From IMG/VR virus record IMGVR_UViG_3300035703_000021, positions 64,001 through 128,000 of that record: a DNA stretch of 64,000 bases. The stretch is one strand, 5' to 3'. This document shows positions 36,425 through 45,937 of this stretch, piece by piece. The DNA comes from a virus. Position 1 is the first letter of the stretch; the number at the start of each line of letters is the position of its first letter. A model generated the notes under the pieces. That model saw only the letters and a program-made list of their open reading frames with translations, ran no database searches and was not told where the DNA came from. The translations under genes were made by a program, and so were the position numbers.

Positions 36425-37999
36425 TCAGAATGTTCCGCCGTCAAAGGTGATATTATCGATGGTGCCGCCAGTGATGTTAACGTTGCTGGCGTCCTGAGTT
36501 GAAATCGTTCCCAGTCCCAGTGTAGTTCTACCAGCAGCCGCGTCGGCGTCGTCGATCAGAGAGCGGCCGAATGCGGTGAGAGTCGTAAGTGAAGCGGCGC
36601 TAGCACCGGTGTAGTAAGCCAGTCTGTCAGCAGCCGGAGTTAGACCACCAACGGTCGATAGTGCGGCCGTCAGAGCGATCGTGGGATTACCAGCGACACC
36701 ATCGCCATTAGTTACAGAGCCGCCATTACCGCTGAAAGTAATCGTCCGGGCCGCTACTGTGCCCGCTCCAGTACGAGTGATAAGTCCATTAGTGGCCAGG
36801 TTGTGAAGCGCCAGCGCTTGGCCTGTTAGAGAGACGTCGTCGGCGTTCGAAGCGATACCTGTACCAGCTCCGACGTTTAGAGTGTTGCCGGATTTAGTAA
36901 GACCACTTCCTGCGGTGATCTGACCTGCTCCGGAGAATTGGGCAAAGGCCAGAGAACTGGGGCTTGTTGCTCCGCCGATCGTGATGGGATTATTGGTAGT
37001 CAGTACCCAGCCGGAGTCAGCGTTGGTAGTACCCTCTTCCACGAAGGTGAATGCACCCGCTGTTACTTCAGCGTCTGAGTCGAAATCCGTAGCTCTATCC
37101 CAGACACCGTTTGCGCCGGTGCCCAAAGTCGTTACCACCCAGATACCGTTCTGGACATCCGTGGCCCCGGACTGATCCTTGAGCAGGATTCTGTCGCCGG
37201 CTGCCAGGTTCACTCCGTCCAGGACGTTAGGAGCGGCAGTGATCTGGCCTCTGGCGGATGTTCCTCCAGTTGCGTTGTATGTAACGGTTATGTTCCCAGC
37301 AGACGCCACTCGAACCGACTGCTTAACGTCAAGCCCGGATCTAGCCGCGTCAACGTAAGCCTTATTTGCCGCGTCGGTATCTGCTGTTGGAGTAGCCAGG
37401 TTTGTGATCTTCTGGCTGTTCAGCGACACCGCGGCGGTGGGGGCCGCCATCTGATCCAGACGACTTGTTCTTACCTGCGTATCGAAGTCACTAATCTTAG
37501 CGGCTGTGAGGGTCGGGATATCGCTCGCGGCCAGGGTGGTGCCCGATGTAACCAGGCCTTTGCTATTGATCGTTACCTTGGTGAACGTACCGGCGGTCGC
37601 AACGTCACTCTTAAGAGTTACCGTGATCGCGGTCGTACCCGAACCGGTGGCGTCACCGCTCAGGGTGATCGTCTGGTTCCCAGTCAAGTAATTCTGGTTC
37701 TTTACGAAGGCGGTCGAAGCTGCCTTTGTGCTGTTATCCGAAGTCGCCTGGGTGGGAACGACAATGTCACCCGAAAAAGTCTTGTTACCGGATATGGTCT
37801 GGGCGGTGCTTAGAGTCGCGAACGCTCCGGGACCTCCGATAGTCAGTATGGATCCAGCAGTGCCTCCAGCACCTCCAGTACCTTTACCATAGTAAAGTAC
37901 GTCATCTACTTCGTTAAAGGCCAATTCCGCATTGGCCAGTGAGCTAGGCGCGCCAGTAGCCCCGGAGGTTCTGCGTTTAATTCTGATGGTATTGGCCAT
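36425..37999 (-). CDS. Tail fibre protein
   Basis: MANTIRIKRR..ELAFNE; KVTINSKGLVTSG; DAANKAYVD..GLDVKQSVRVAS..GDRILLKDQ..QNGIW..FVEEG; ends ITFDGGTF. Confidence 0.85.
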   Translation of the reverse strand: MANTIRIKRRTSGATGAPSSLANAELAFNEVDDVLYYGKGTGGAGGTAGSILTIGGPGAFATLSTAQTISGNKTFSGDIVVPTQATSDNSTKAASTAFVKNQNYLTGNQTITLSGDATGSGTTAITVTLKSDVATAGTFTKVTINSKGLVTSGTTLAASDIPTLTAAKISDFDTQVRTSRLDQMAAPTAAVSLNSQKITNLATPTADTDAANKAYVDAARSGLDVKQSVRVASAGNITVTYNATGGTSARGQITAAPNVLDGVNLAAGDRILLKDQSGATDVQNGIWVVTTLGTGANGVWDRATDFDSDAEVTAGAFTFVEEGTTNADSGWVLTTNNPITIGGATSPSSLAFAQFSGAGQITAGSGLTKSGNTLNVGAGTGIASNADDVSLTGQALALHNLATNGLITRTGAGTVAARTITFSGNGGSVTNGDGVAGNPTIALTAALSTVGGLTPAADRLAYYTGASAASLTTLTAFGRSLIDDADAAAGRTTLGLGTISTQDASNVNITGGTIDNITFDGGTF

Positions 38000-38043
38000 T
38001 TACTTAGTAATTGGGGGTGAAATGGATCTTCGAATCTTCAAAT

Positions 38044-38051
38044 CTTTCAAC
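38044..38051 (-). promoter_or_regulatory. Late-type element GTTGAAAG
   Basis: 52 nt upstream of ATG 37999. Confidence 0.55.
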
Positions 38052-38054
38052 TAC

Positions 38055-38360
38055 TCAGAAATTGCCACCATCCGTGATAGTGATCACAGTGTTTACATCA
38101 TTTATAACGTACTTGTTCTGCGTCTGATTAAATACCACAACGCTCTTATCCACTCTAGCGCTGTCGTCCACATTGGCCAGGCTTCCAAAATCCGGTTTGT
38201 TGCCCACATGCCAGACTTCGTTTGAATTGACCTTTAGAGACTCAGCGTTAATATCACCTTTGACCTCGACATCACCCACGACCTCGGCGACTTGGGTGTC
38301 ATTGGTATACCCGGGAATACCAACATTAAGGTTTTTAACTCTTCCAGATAAGTAGTCCAT
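38055..38360 (-). CDS. Small fibre connector protein
   Basis: MDYLSGRVKNLNVGIPGYT...LANVD..VVVFN..ITDGGNF. Confidence 0.65.
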   Translation of the reverse strand: MDYLSGRVKNLNVGIPGYTNDTQVAEVVGDVEVKGDINAESLKVNSNEVWHVGNKPDFGSLANVDDSARVDKSVVVFNQTQNKYVINDVNTVITITDGGNF

Positions 38361-38376
38361 CTACTGCGTCCTCACA

Positions 38377-38709
38377 TTAATCCAGGGTCTCCAGGATGGA
38401 GACGATGAACTTTAGATTCGACCCGTTACTGCCGGATAGGTACAGTTTGTCACCCGACTGCAGCACCAGCTTCCCGGCCAGTAGATTAACGGTATCTTTG
38501 AACGGTACCGGGAAGGTCTTGCAGATCTCCGTATTCACTGCACCTCTATTATGCACCAGAGTCACATCGTATGATACGCTGGAGCTGATATTTGTTACCT
38601 GGGCGAGTAGTATCACAGCTACGTACCCTACGGGAGCGGTGTAGACCAGAGTTGACGAGGTAGAAACTACCTGGGTGATCGTCTTAAACGAGTTAGTTTT
38701 TAATGCCAT
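38377..38709 (-). CDS. Small beta-sandwich fibre adaptor protein (family member 3)
   Basis: NSFKT..LVYTAPVGYVAVILLAQVTNI..GKLVLQSGDKLYL..SILET. Confidence 0.7.
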   Translation of the reverse strand: MALKTNSFKTITQVVSTSSTLVYTAPVGYVAVILLAQVTNISSSVSYDVTLVHNRGAVNTEICKTFPVPFKDTVNLLAGKLVLQSGDKLYLSGSNGSNLKFIVSILETLD

Positions 38710-38713
38710 CGGT

Positions 38714-40594
38714 TTACGCTCCTAACGCGAGGATGAATGGTGTTACTGCGGAGAACAGACTTCTGGAGTACGCGCTTCCGGAGATAAGTCCCAGGGCCTG
38801 GTCGATAACCACACCGTCTCCTATCCTGAAGTTACCGGAGTGGTCCGTGCTGGTGTATATCACGCTTCCACCGTTTCCCATAGTAATCTCGTTCTCCTGA
38901 ATCGGCTGCCCACCGTTTCTCGGTAGAGCGGTGTCTATATTCGTTCCCGATCCGACGTACTCGAAGGAATGACTGGAGGCCAGCAGCCTGGTCTGCTTGT
39001 GCAGGTATACGGTGTCGGATACGGAGAGGGCAAACGGAATCTCGTCTCTAAGGGTGATAACGTAATTACCCTCAGAAACCTCTCTGGATTCTCCGACTAG
39101 GAAGTAGGTCGGTGACACCTGCGCAGTGGCTTGCGCTCCGGTACCCGTCGCTGGAGGGTCTATAGTGACGGATGGCGGGGATGATGAGTAACCCCTGCCT
39201 GAGGAGATAATCTCCACCGCGGTGACCGTTCCGTCCGAGATTTCAGCGATGGCCGTCGCGGTAATCCCCCAAGACTGCGAGGGAGAGCCCACTGTGACGC
39301 TTGGGGCTGAGGTATACCCGCTGCCTCCATTGTCGATGATTATTCTCTCGACCTGATAGTAGACGTTGTTGATGTAGATCGCCTGGCCATCGAACGGCCT
39401 TGTGCTTTTGACTTTGACTTTACCTCCGGACTGGTAGGTATGGTCGATACTAGACGTACCCACCTGCACGATGAACTGCGTGGCGGAGACGGTAGAGCTC
39501 ACTCTGAACACGTGTCCGTACTGACCGGATGGGAAGATCTGCGAGGAAACCGAGCCTCCTGACGAGCAGCTGAAAGTGAGATTACGAAGCTCCGCATCCA
39601 TCCCAGCCTGTAATCCATGGGCGGTGGAAGTCGTAACAGTTAGCAGTCCTGTGTTCTTATTGTAAACCGCGGCGGTTACGTCCTTCTCCACGGGTGCAAT
39701 ATTAACAGTCACTGTATTACTGCCCTCGGGCTCAGCGCTCGTAACACTTCCGGTGTACTTTAAAGCACTAACACCGTCCGCCACGAGACCGTAGTTCCCC
39801 ATGGAGGAGTTGGAGTTTGTCAGATCGCAGCCTCCGCCACTCAGGCATTCCACAGCCTTATCGCAGCAGATCGTGAACATCGATACCAGCTGAGCGTATC
39901 CCTCATTGAGAATCTGAGCCCCGATTCCTCCCTGATTGTACTGAGTGTAGGAGTCGACAACCATGCTCTTTAGCTGGCCAAGGCAGTGAGCTCCGTCAAC
40001 TCTGAGTCCCGTGGAATTCTTGATAAAGTTGGTGCAGTTCTGGATGTACGGGGACTGATCTATGTATGGGGGGTCAAAAGGATTGAACGCGAATATCGCC
40101 CCGGGATTGGGGACCGAGGCCACGAACGACATATTCGATATGTAAGAGCCATTGCTTACGTAGAATAAGTCGGCCTCATTCTGAGGAGATACGCTAACCT
40201 CTCTCAGCGAGTCACCGATTATGCTCACCTGCTCGGGTACGCTTAGCGGGTTATTCTCCGAGTAACTACCGGCTGATACTTTTATCAGAGTACCAGGTGT
40301 GGCTATGGCCAAGGCTGATTTGATAGTGGCTTTAGCATTCTGCAGGCTAACGCCGGAATTGGAGTCATTTCCGTCCTTGGTGACAAAAAGAACGTTTGTT
40401 ACAGCGGCGTACTTCCACCTCGTTCCGACTCCGGTTGATGATAGGAACTGCCCTGGATTACCAAAGTTATTTAACCCGTCTCTCAGCCCCTCCGGGACTG
40501 AGATATTCCCCTCTTCGTCAAGTATATCTCTGAGATTATCACCAGCGCCGGTGGATAGTCCATGGGGCACATTAAATTTCTTTATATTTGCCAT
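38714..40594 (-). CDS. Cyanophage-type beta-helix virion/fibre protein
   Basis: LFVTKDGNDSNSG..TIKSAL..AGSYSENNP; QSPYIQNCTNF..SMVVDSYTQYNQGG..GYAQLVS; GSGYTSAP repeats; HSFEYVGSG..TSTDHSGNFRIG; ends FILALGA. Confidence 0.75.
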   Translation of the reverse strand: MANIKKFNVPHGLSTGAGDNLRDILDEEGNISVPEGLRDGLNNFGNPGQFLSSTGVGTRWKYAAVTNVLFVTKDGNDSNSGVSLQNAKATIKSALAIATPGTLIKVSAGSYSENNPLSVPEQVSIIGDSLREVSVSPQNEADLFYVSNGSYISNMSFVASVPNPGAIFAFNPFDPPYIDQSPYIQNCTNFIKNSTGLRVDGAHCLGQLKSMVVDSYTQYNQGGIGAQILNEGYAQLVSMFTICCDKAVECLSGGGCDLTNSNSSMGNYGLVADGVSALKYTGSVTSAEPEGSNTVTVNIAPVEKDVTAAVYNKNTGLLTVTTSTAHGLQAGMDAELRNLTFSCSSGGSVSSQIFPSGQYGHVFRVSSTVSATQFIVQVGTSSIDHTYQSGGKVKVKSTRPFDGQAIYINNVYYQVERIIIDNGGSGYTSAPSVTVGSPSQSWGITATAIAEISDGTVTAVEIISSGRGYSSSPPSVTIDPPATGTGAQATAQVSPTYFLVGESREVSEGNYVITLRDEIPFALSVSDTVYLHKQTRLLASSHSFEYVGSGTNIDTALPRNGGQPIQENEITMGNGGSVIYTSTDHSGNFRIGDGVVIDQALGLISGSAYSRSLFSAVTPFILALGA

Positions 40595-40630
40595 GGAGAT
40601 CGGTAGCTAACTTGGTTCCTCGATATGAAC

Positions 40631-40638
40631 CTTTAAAC
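40631..40638 (-). promoter_or_regulatory. Late-type element GTTTAAAG
   Basis: 44 nt upstream of ATG 40594; overlaps the upstream stop codon. Confidence 0.6.
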
Positions 40639-41550
40639 CAAGAGAGACGTCCTGAGAACCTTGATTTTCAAGGGAAATGAGATGGAAGAGTCTTTTTCAA
40701 AAGTCAGAACGACTTCCTGTGATACGTTATTTATAGTCAGATCAAGCTCTCCCAAGTACTGACTCGCGGTGTCTAGCACTCCGTACTCAGTCAGAAAAGC
40801 ACCGGTGCCGTCGTGAATAGCTAGAACCTCTCTTACTTGGTAAGTCTTAGGAGATGGTTTGTTCACCTCGATCTGAACGGTATACTTAGCGGAGCGGTAG
40901 CTCAACGGGAAGCTTTCGATAGCGACTGGGACGAAAGACGCTGCTGATATCTCGGTTGTTTTGATGGATATCTGGGATACCGACGCCGAATTACCATCAG
41001 TCTTAAATACGTAGGATCCGCTTAGCTCAACGCTTGTCGCAAAGTTGTTTCCGGCATTTATGAACAGTTTATTTCCACTCGCTGTGGATTGCCCGGCTAA
41101 CGCTACTTTATTATTTATCTTTAGATTAATGCCTTCCGTGTGGATAAAATTGTCCCCATCAGCCCAGTCCCTAAACTGATCTAGACTTTGATCTTTGGAA
41201 GCGGAAGTTTGGGAGGATATCTCCAGCCACTCAGATGAATCACCGTCCCAGACTTTGAATGAGTAATTACTTTCGCCCAGCGAGGTGTCTATCCAGCACT
41301 CGCCGTCCGACAGTACTGAGTAGTACCCGGACTCGGAGGCATCATTGTTTGGTGGAAGAGGCCCGTAGTGTATCGGTCCTATCTTCCTGATTCTTCGCGT
41401 ACCGTCGCTGGAGATGTCTTTGAAGTACAGTCCGGGATCGCCAGCGTTGTAGTTGAGGGCTAATTCACCGTTGTCTATGTCAAGTAGCTCGGGACGCTTT
41501 GAAAGCTCCTGTGACCTGCGGAGGTAGATTCTGTCTCTAAGTTCTGCCAT
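40633..41550 (-). CDS. Fibre/baseplate connector protein
   Basis: IYLRRS..KRP..GELALNY..DPGLYFKD N-domain; GECWIDT; C-terminal YRSAKYTVQI..HDGT..TEYG domain. Confidence 0.7.
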   Translation of the reverse strand: MAELRDRIYLRRSQELSKRPELLDIDNGELALNYNAGDPGLYFKDISSDGTRRIRKIGPIHYGPLPPNNDASESGYYSVLSDGECWIDTSLGESNYSFKVWDGDSSEWLEISSQTSASKDQSLDQFRDWADGDNFIHTEGINLKINNKVALAGQSTASGNKLFINAGNNFATSVELSGSYVFKTDGNSASVSQISIKTTEISAASFVPVAIESFPLSYRSAKYTVQIEVNKPSPKTYQVREVLAIHDGTGAFLTEYGVLDTASQYLGELDLTINNVSQEVVLTFEKDSSISFPLKIKVLRTSLLV

Positions 41551-41561
41551 GGTAGTGTTAG

Positions 41562-42401
41562 TTAGTAGACTAAAGCGTCGATTACGTAGTTCTCGTCATC
41601 TCCCTGGACGATATTGTCTATGACCTCAGTTATATAGTCCTCCATGTACTTCTTATTCACAGCGTCGAGTAGGTGAGTGGGATCAGCCACTCCACTGATA
41701 CGTCTGAGATTGACGTCAAGAGCGGGCCTCCAGCTCTCGATATTCTGCCCAATCACCATGTGGCCGTAGAATTCCACCCGGCCCGAGGTCCTCACTCTAC
41801 CAACCGAGTTGGACTGATTATCCACCCAGTGCTGGATAGTGGTGATGTCGGAGTCGGTGGAGGCGATGAGGGTGAGAGGCACGGCCTCGCTAGCGCCTGG
41901 TGAGATAGTATTATCAGCAGTGGTGATAGGTTGTTTGAGGATGAATCCGTCACCCACTTCCACAGCCGCGATAAGAGTATCTACCTCGCCCTTGGTGTAT
42001 GTCTGGGACCTATTATAGTAGTTTTGAGCAAGGTAGGAGAGGACACTGTCATATGAGTCCGAGACCTTCTCATTGACTTCAGATTCCGTGATAAACTGCA
42101 CGAGGGATGTACCAATCTCCGATTCCAGATCCGCGAGCCTAGCATCCACCTCGGCTTTAGTATACACCGAGGAGATATCAGCCTTGGTCCTGAGAAAGCG
42201 CTGGACCTCTGACTTGGTATAGAAATCCTGAAGGTTAGCTTCGCCTGTAGCCGAACGCGTCTTCGAGTAAACGTTGGGAGTTGATGAGAAGGACTGGGTC
42301 TGCGTGGGGTTAAGTGCCTCCTGGGATGTAGGAAGTACCCTACTAATACCATTATCACCGCAGGATGGGTTGCTTCCTCCTCCGCCGAATACTTTTGCCA
42401 T
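41562..42401 (-). CDS. Fibre shaft-like protein with YTKxEV repeats
   Basis: YTKSEV, YTKAEV, YTKGEV; ISGVADPT..DAVNKKYM; ends VIDALVY. Confidence 0.65.
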   Translation of the reverse strand: MAKVFGGGGSNPSCGDNGISRVLPTSQEALNPTQTQSFSSTPNVYSKTRSATGEANLQDFYTKSEVQRFLRTKADISSVYTKAEVDARLADLESEIGTSLVQFITESEVNEKVSDSYDSVLSYLAQNYYNRSQTYTKGEVDTLIAAVEVGDGFILKQPITTADNTISPGASEAVPLTLIASTDSDITTIQHWVDNQSNSVGRVRTSGRVEFYGHMVIGQNIESWRPALDVNLRRISGVADPTHLLDAVNKKYMEDYITEVIDNIVQGDDENYVIDALVY

Positions 42402-42405
42402 CTAC

Positions 42406-43476
42406 TTAATCCTCCTCCTGTGGTTGGTTAAGAGCGTTTATTTCCGCCTGTGTAAGAACTCTCGGAGGCGGTACTATTTCCACCTTCTCGTCAAGAGTAC
42501 GCGTTCTAGGTGCCAGGCGATAAGGCACTGGAACCTCAACAAAGTGGCCCTTAGATCCGATCTCCACCACGTCGTAGCCAAGCGCGGGCTCCTTCTTCCT
42601 TTGGTACTCGAGACACCTGTTTCGGCCCGTGGGCACGCAGTAGATCTTCTGCCAGAGCGGACTACGTGGGTTAAATACTGCCTGAGCAGTAAGAGCTTCC
42701 TCGGTGGCGGGGATATCCTGCCTAGCGATATAAACGCAGATCGTGTCCTCACATTCTCCACCTACCAGGACGATATCACCCGCTCTGTAAAAGAAGTCTC
42801 TACGAACTCTGGCGCCATCCCACTCGTCCGAAGATCTACCATCCAAGCAGTTCTGCAGATCGCTTAAGGTCAGGCCCTGCTGCACGCAGGACTGAAGGCT
42901 CTGAGTCTTGAGCGCCTCGTCCCAACTCCTGTTGTATTTACCCCACTCGGTGTCAAAAAGCTTCAGCTCGTAAAAATCGTAACGTTCCAGCAGTTCCTTG
43001 ACGGAAGGCAAACCGGCCGGCACCGTTGTCTCCACCTGGCAGATCCTATCCCACTTAGAGTAGTCAAATGCTCCCGTAATGGCGAGGATATTTTGCTTGG
43101 CTTTGTACAATCCCACTCTGTACCCGTCGTCCTCGATAAGTAGAACCAACGAGTTCTGCTGGTAGGCAACTATGGACCTGTACTGAGCTATGTCCCACTT
43201 ATTATTCGAGTTGGATAGCAGAAGATTAGGCGTTAAGTTGCTAATCTGCCAGGGAAATTCTATATCTCCCCACGATTTGTATAGTCCTTTTTGCGGATTG
43301 TAGATGCTATACATGTCAAAGAGCTGCTCGATGCTCATTCCGCAAGTGTTAACACTCGCCCTGGAGCAGCTCTTATCAACCACCTCAGCTATCCCACCAG
43401 CCTCCTCGATGGCGTCTTTCTGATCGTCAGAGGGTTGCTCAAAGCACCCTCTAAAGTAGAGGTTGGAGAGCGTCAT
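42406..43476 (-). CDS. Probable virion protein with two Y..GD.V...Y.A..W modules
   Basis: AYQQNSLV..GLYKAK..SKWDRI and FYRAGDIV..VYIAR..PLWQKI; Cys-rich. Confidence 0.5.
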   Translation of the reverse strand: MTLSNLYFRGCFEQPSDDQKDAIEEAGGIAEVVDKSCSRASVNTCGMSIEQLFDMYSIYNPQKGLYKSWGDIEFPWQISNLTPNLLLSNSNNKWDIAQYRSIVAYQQNSLVLLIEDDGYRVGLYKAKQNILAITGAFDYSKWDRICQVETTVPAGLPSVKELLERYDFYELKLFDTEWGKYNRSWDEALKTQSLQSCVQQGLTLSDLQNCLDGRSSDEWDGARVRRDFFYRAGDIVLVGGECEDTICVYIARQDIPATEEALTAQAVFNPRSPLWQKIYCVPTGRNRCLEYQRKKEPALGYDVVEIGSKGHFVEVPVPYRLAPRTRTLDEKVEIVPPPRVLTQAEINALNQPQEED

Positions 43477-43499
43477 ACTTCAACCTCACTGCGCTAGGA

Positions 43500-43928
43500 T
43501 CAGTTGTATGTGAAAGTATCCATCACGAACGTTAGTTCGAGAGTGGAGACGTTGGATGAGGTGCGATCGGCGGTTCCGAAGTTCAGACTTGTCATCTGCG
43601 CGTCGGGGATTGTGATGGTGCGCTGGCCGACAGGCTGAGGATCCTCTCCGCAGGAGACGGGAGTGATGGTCAGGGTGACAAACTCGCAGCCGTAGGATTT
43701 CCAGAAGTCGACGATGTCAGCGTGCTTTTCAGGGTCGAAGGGCACGGTCATTGTTACCTCGGAGAGGGTGCGAGGGCCGCGAAGGTTGAAGATACGTCCG
43801 CGTACACCATCGGCGTACTGGGATGTACCAGCGGTGTCGCGGATTCCGCTGAAGTTGGTGAAGTAGTGCTGGAAAGGGGACGCTTGGATCCAGAACTGTG
43901 ACTGCGTTACCGGCTTGTAAGAGAGCAT
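43500..43928 (-). CDS. Tail tube protein
   Basis: 142 aa; FTNFSGI..YADG..LRGPRTLSEVTMT..LNFGTADRTSSNVSTLELTF matches the gp19-like tube fold pattern. Confidence 0.75.
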   Translation of the reverse strand: MLSYKPVTQSQFWIQASPFQHYFTNFSGIRDTAGTSQYADGVRGRIFNLRGPRTLSEVTMTVPFDPEKHADIVDFWKSYGCEFVTLTITPVSCGEDPQPVGQRTITIPDAQMTSLNFGTADRTSSNVSTLELTFVMDTFTYN

Positions 43929-43959
43929 GGCAGGATAGCTATACTGATATCTAACCAGT

Positions 43960-43967
43960 ATTTAAAC
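43960..43967 (-). promoter_or_regulatory. Late-type element variant GTTTAAAT
   Basis: 39 nt upstream of the tube ATG. Confidence 0.55.
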
Positions 43968-43985
43968 TAAGCCCACCTGGCCAAA

Positions 43986-45932
43986 TTACATGAAGTACGG
44001 AGCGAACCACTTCCAGTACCCAACCTTCCTGCAGTCGATGACCACGCACTCCTTGTGCACCACGGAGCGATTGAGCCTGTAGATGCGCTCGTAGAGATCA
44101 AGAAGCCTGGATGTGTCGCACGCCTTGAGGTCATCGACGCGGATCATATTCTCGAAGGTGTGAAGCTCTCCGTCCAGGTCGCTGAGACTCATTGACTGCT
44201 CCGGATTGAGATGCACCACCTTCTTAACTTCCTCGATGAGACGGCGGGAGCCGTGGGAGATATCGCCTGGGGAGGTGTACTCGTTGACGTGGATGCGAGA
44301 CGCTGAGGCTTCGGAGTCGCCGTTGTCGGAGACGATACGCTGGAACCCGACGTCGTCGAGTGTGCCATCGAACTTGGACGCGATGATCTTCGCGATCTTA
44401 TCCTTCCGGGTCTTGTCGGACTCGTCACCGACCTCGTCGTAGTCGCTCTCGGCGAAGTCGAACAAGCTGAGAAGGTCGCTCTGGTCGGCTCCGAAGGCTC
44501 CCTGGGCACCGTCAGCGGCCTTGTCCGGGCCGCTCAGGTCCTTGGGTTCGGCCATAGGAGCCGCGCCTCCGGGCGCTCCAGGGGCTCCTGGGGCTCCTCC
44601 CATCATGGCGTTCATGTCCACCTTGCCAAGAGAAGGAATCTCGAGCTTGTCCCTCACCCAGTCAAGGTCCTTGACCTCGTAGCCGATGGCCTGGAGCTGG
44701 GTAAGCATCTGCACAATCTTCACGGGATCGTCGCGTTGCTCTAGATCATCAAAGTTTCTACGAAGTCGAGGAATAGCTGAGCCCGGATAGTTAAGCTCAA
44801 CAATCCAGCGTACAAGAGTAGCGTTAATCGTCTCGTCAAGTTCCTCCGAGAACGCTTTAGCTTTACGCATGCGAACCGAATCGGAGATCTGGTCGCGAGC
44901 GTAGGATCCGACGTTTCCCGTCTCCTGGCCGACGGTATTTTCTCCGTTGAGGACGAAGCTGATCTGCTGGTCAACATACTCGATGAGTTTCTCGTAGACT
45001 TCGGAGCGGCCTTGGCTCTCCAGCCAACTGATATCCATCTCGTCGGGGATAACGATGGCGGTCTCCTGACCCAGGCGCTGAAGCGCTGTGAAGAGCGACT
45101 GAACCTCCTCGTCGGGGGTACCGAGCGAGAACTTACCCACCGCGGTGGGGGTCGTGTGCTTGTCGGCGTACTGGAGCCAGAAGGACATCAGCGTCCGTCT
45201 GAACTCCACAAGACTGTAGAGCTGGCGCCCCAGACCCGTACCGTAGGGATCCATGAAATTGCTGTAGGCCCAGTGTCTGTGGATGACCATCGAGCGCAGG
45301 GGGAGTGGAATGCCCTCGATGGGGGAGTCCACTGTCATCAGTCTCGGAGAGATGGTCCCGTCCTCGTTCAGGACGAACTGGAATCTGCGCGGGTCACGGA
45401 TCTTGATCTCCGATGGCACGATGTAGTTCCCCTGGCGCATCCAGCAGATCTCGCCGATCGCTATGCCAAGGATAATAGCCTCGCACATTCCGCGGATGAA
45501 CGTATCGAACGCGGAGTTAGACGTGACGAGCATCTCCTTGCCGTAGGCCTGGCGAGTATTCGTGCCCATGCGCTTCAGCACCTGGCGGACAAACTCCGCC
45601 ACCTCCTCGTCTTTGTCGGAGGGGCTTGCCGGATCCACTTCCCACTTGCGCTGTACGATCTCCCCCGTAATCTTCTCCCACGCTGAAATGATGTGACTGT
45701 CATTGAACAGCCGCATGTACTTCTCGATGGCTCTGGGGCCTCCGCCACCCTCCTCGATGAGGATATCGTCGCGGCGAGGGAGAATCGTGCCGGAGTTGAG
45801 GTAGGGAGTTGCCGTGAAAGCGTATGGGTCAGCTTTGTAGCCGGCCAGGCTACCCTGGGACACTCCTAGGCTGAAGTACCTATCGAAGTAGCCTACTTTT
45901 ACTTGTTTTGCTACAGCGCGGTCCTCGGCCAT
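43986..45932 (-). CDS. Portal protein, DUF935 / Mu gp29-like, with C-terminal extension
   Basis: DSHI..WEVDP; AIILGIAIGEICW; DPYGTGL..LY; W..YADKH..P.AVGKF; AIVIPDEMDI; ISFVLNGE..GSYA; TLVRWIVELNY. Confidence 0.9.
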   Translation of the reverse strand: MAEDRAVAKQVKVGYFDRYFSLGVSQGSLAGYKADPYAFTATPYLNSGTILPRRDDILIEEGGGGPRAIEKYMRLFNDSHIISAWEKITGEIVQRKWEVDPASPSDKDEEVAEFVRQVLKRMGTNTRQAYGKEMLVTSNSAFDTFIRGMCEAIILGIAIGEICWMRQGNYIVPSEIKIRDPRRFQFVLNEDGTISPRLMTVDSPIEGIPLPLRSMVIHRHWAYSNFMDPYGTGLGRQLYSLVEFRRTLMSFWLQYADKHTTPTAVGKFSLGTPDEEVQSLFTALQRLGQETAIVIPDEMDISWLESQGRSEVYEKLIEYVDQQISFVLNGENTVGQETGNVGSYARDQISDSVRMRKAKAFSEELDETINATLVRWIVELNYPGSAIPRLRRNFDDLEQRDDPVKIVQMLTQLQAIGYEVKDLDWVRDKLEIPSLGKVDMNAMMGGAPGAPGAPGGAAPMAEPKDLSGPDKAADGAQGAFGADQSDLLSLFDFAESDYDEVGDESDKTRKDKIAKIIASKFDGTLDDVGFQRIVSDNGDSEASASRIHVNEYTSPGDISHGSRRLIEEVKKVVHLNPEQSMSLSDLDGELHTFENMIRVDDLKACDTSRLLDLYERIYRLNRSVVHKECVVIDCRKVGYWKWFAPYFM

Positions 45933-45937
45933 GCGTT

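Noticed and set aside
43477-43484. GTTGAAGT directly before the ATG at 43476 as a late promoter
   Set aside because: Too close to the start codon compared with all other sites; overlaps the GAGG RBS region
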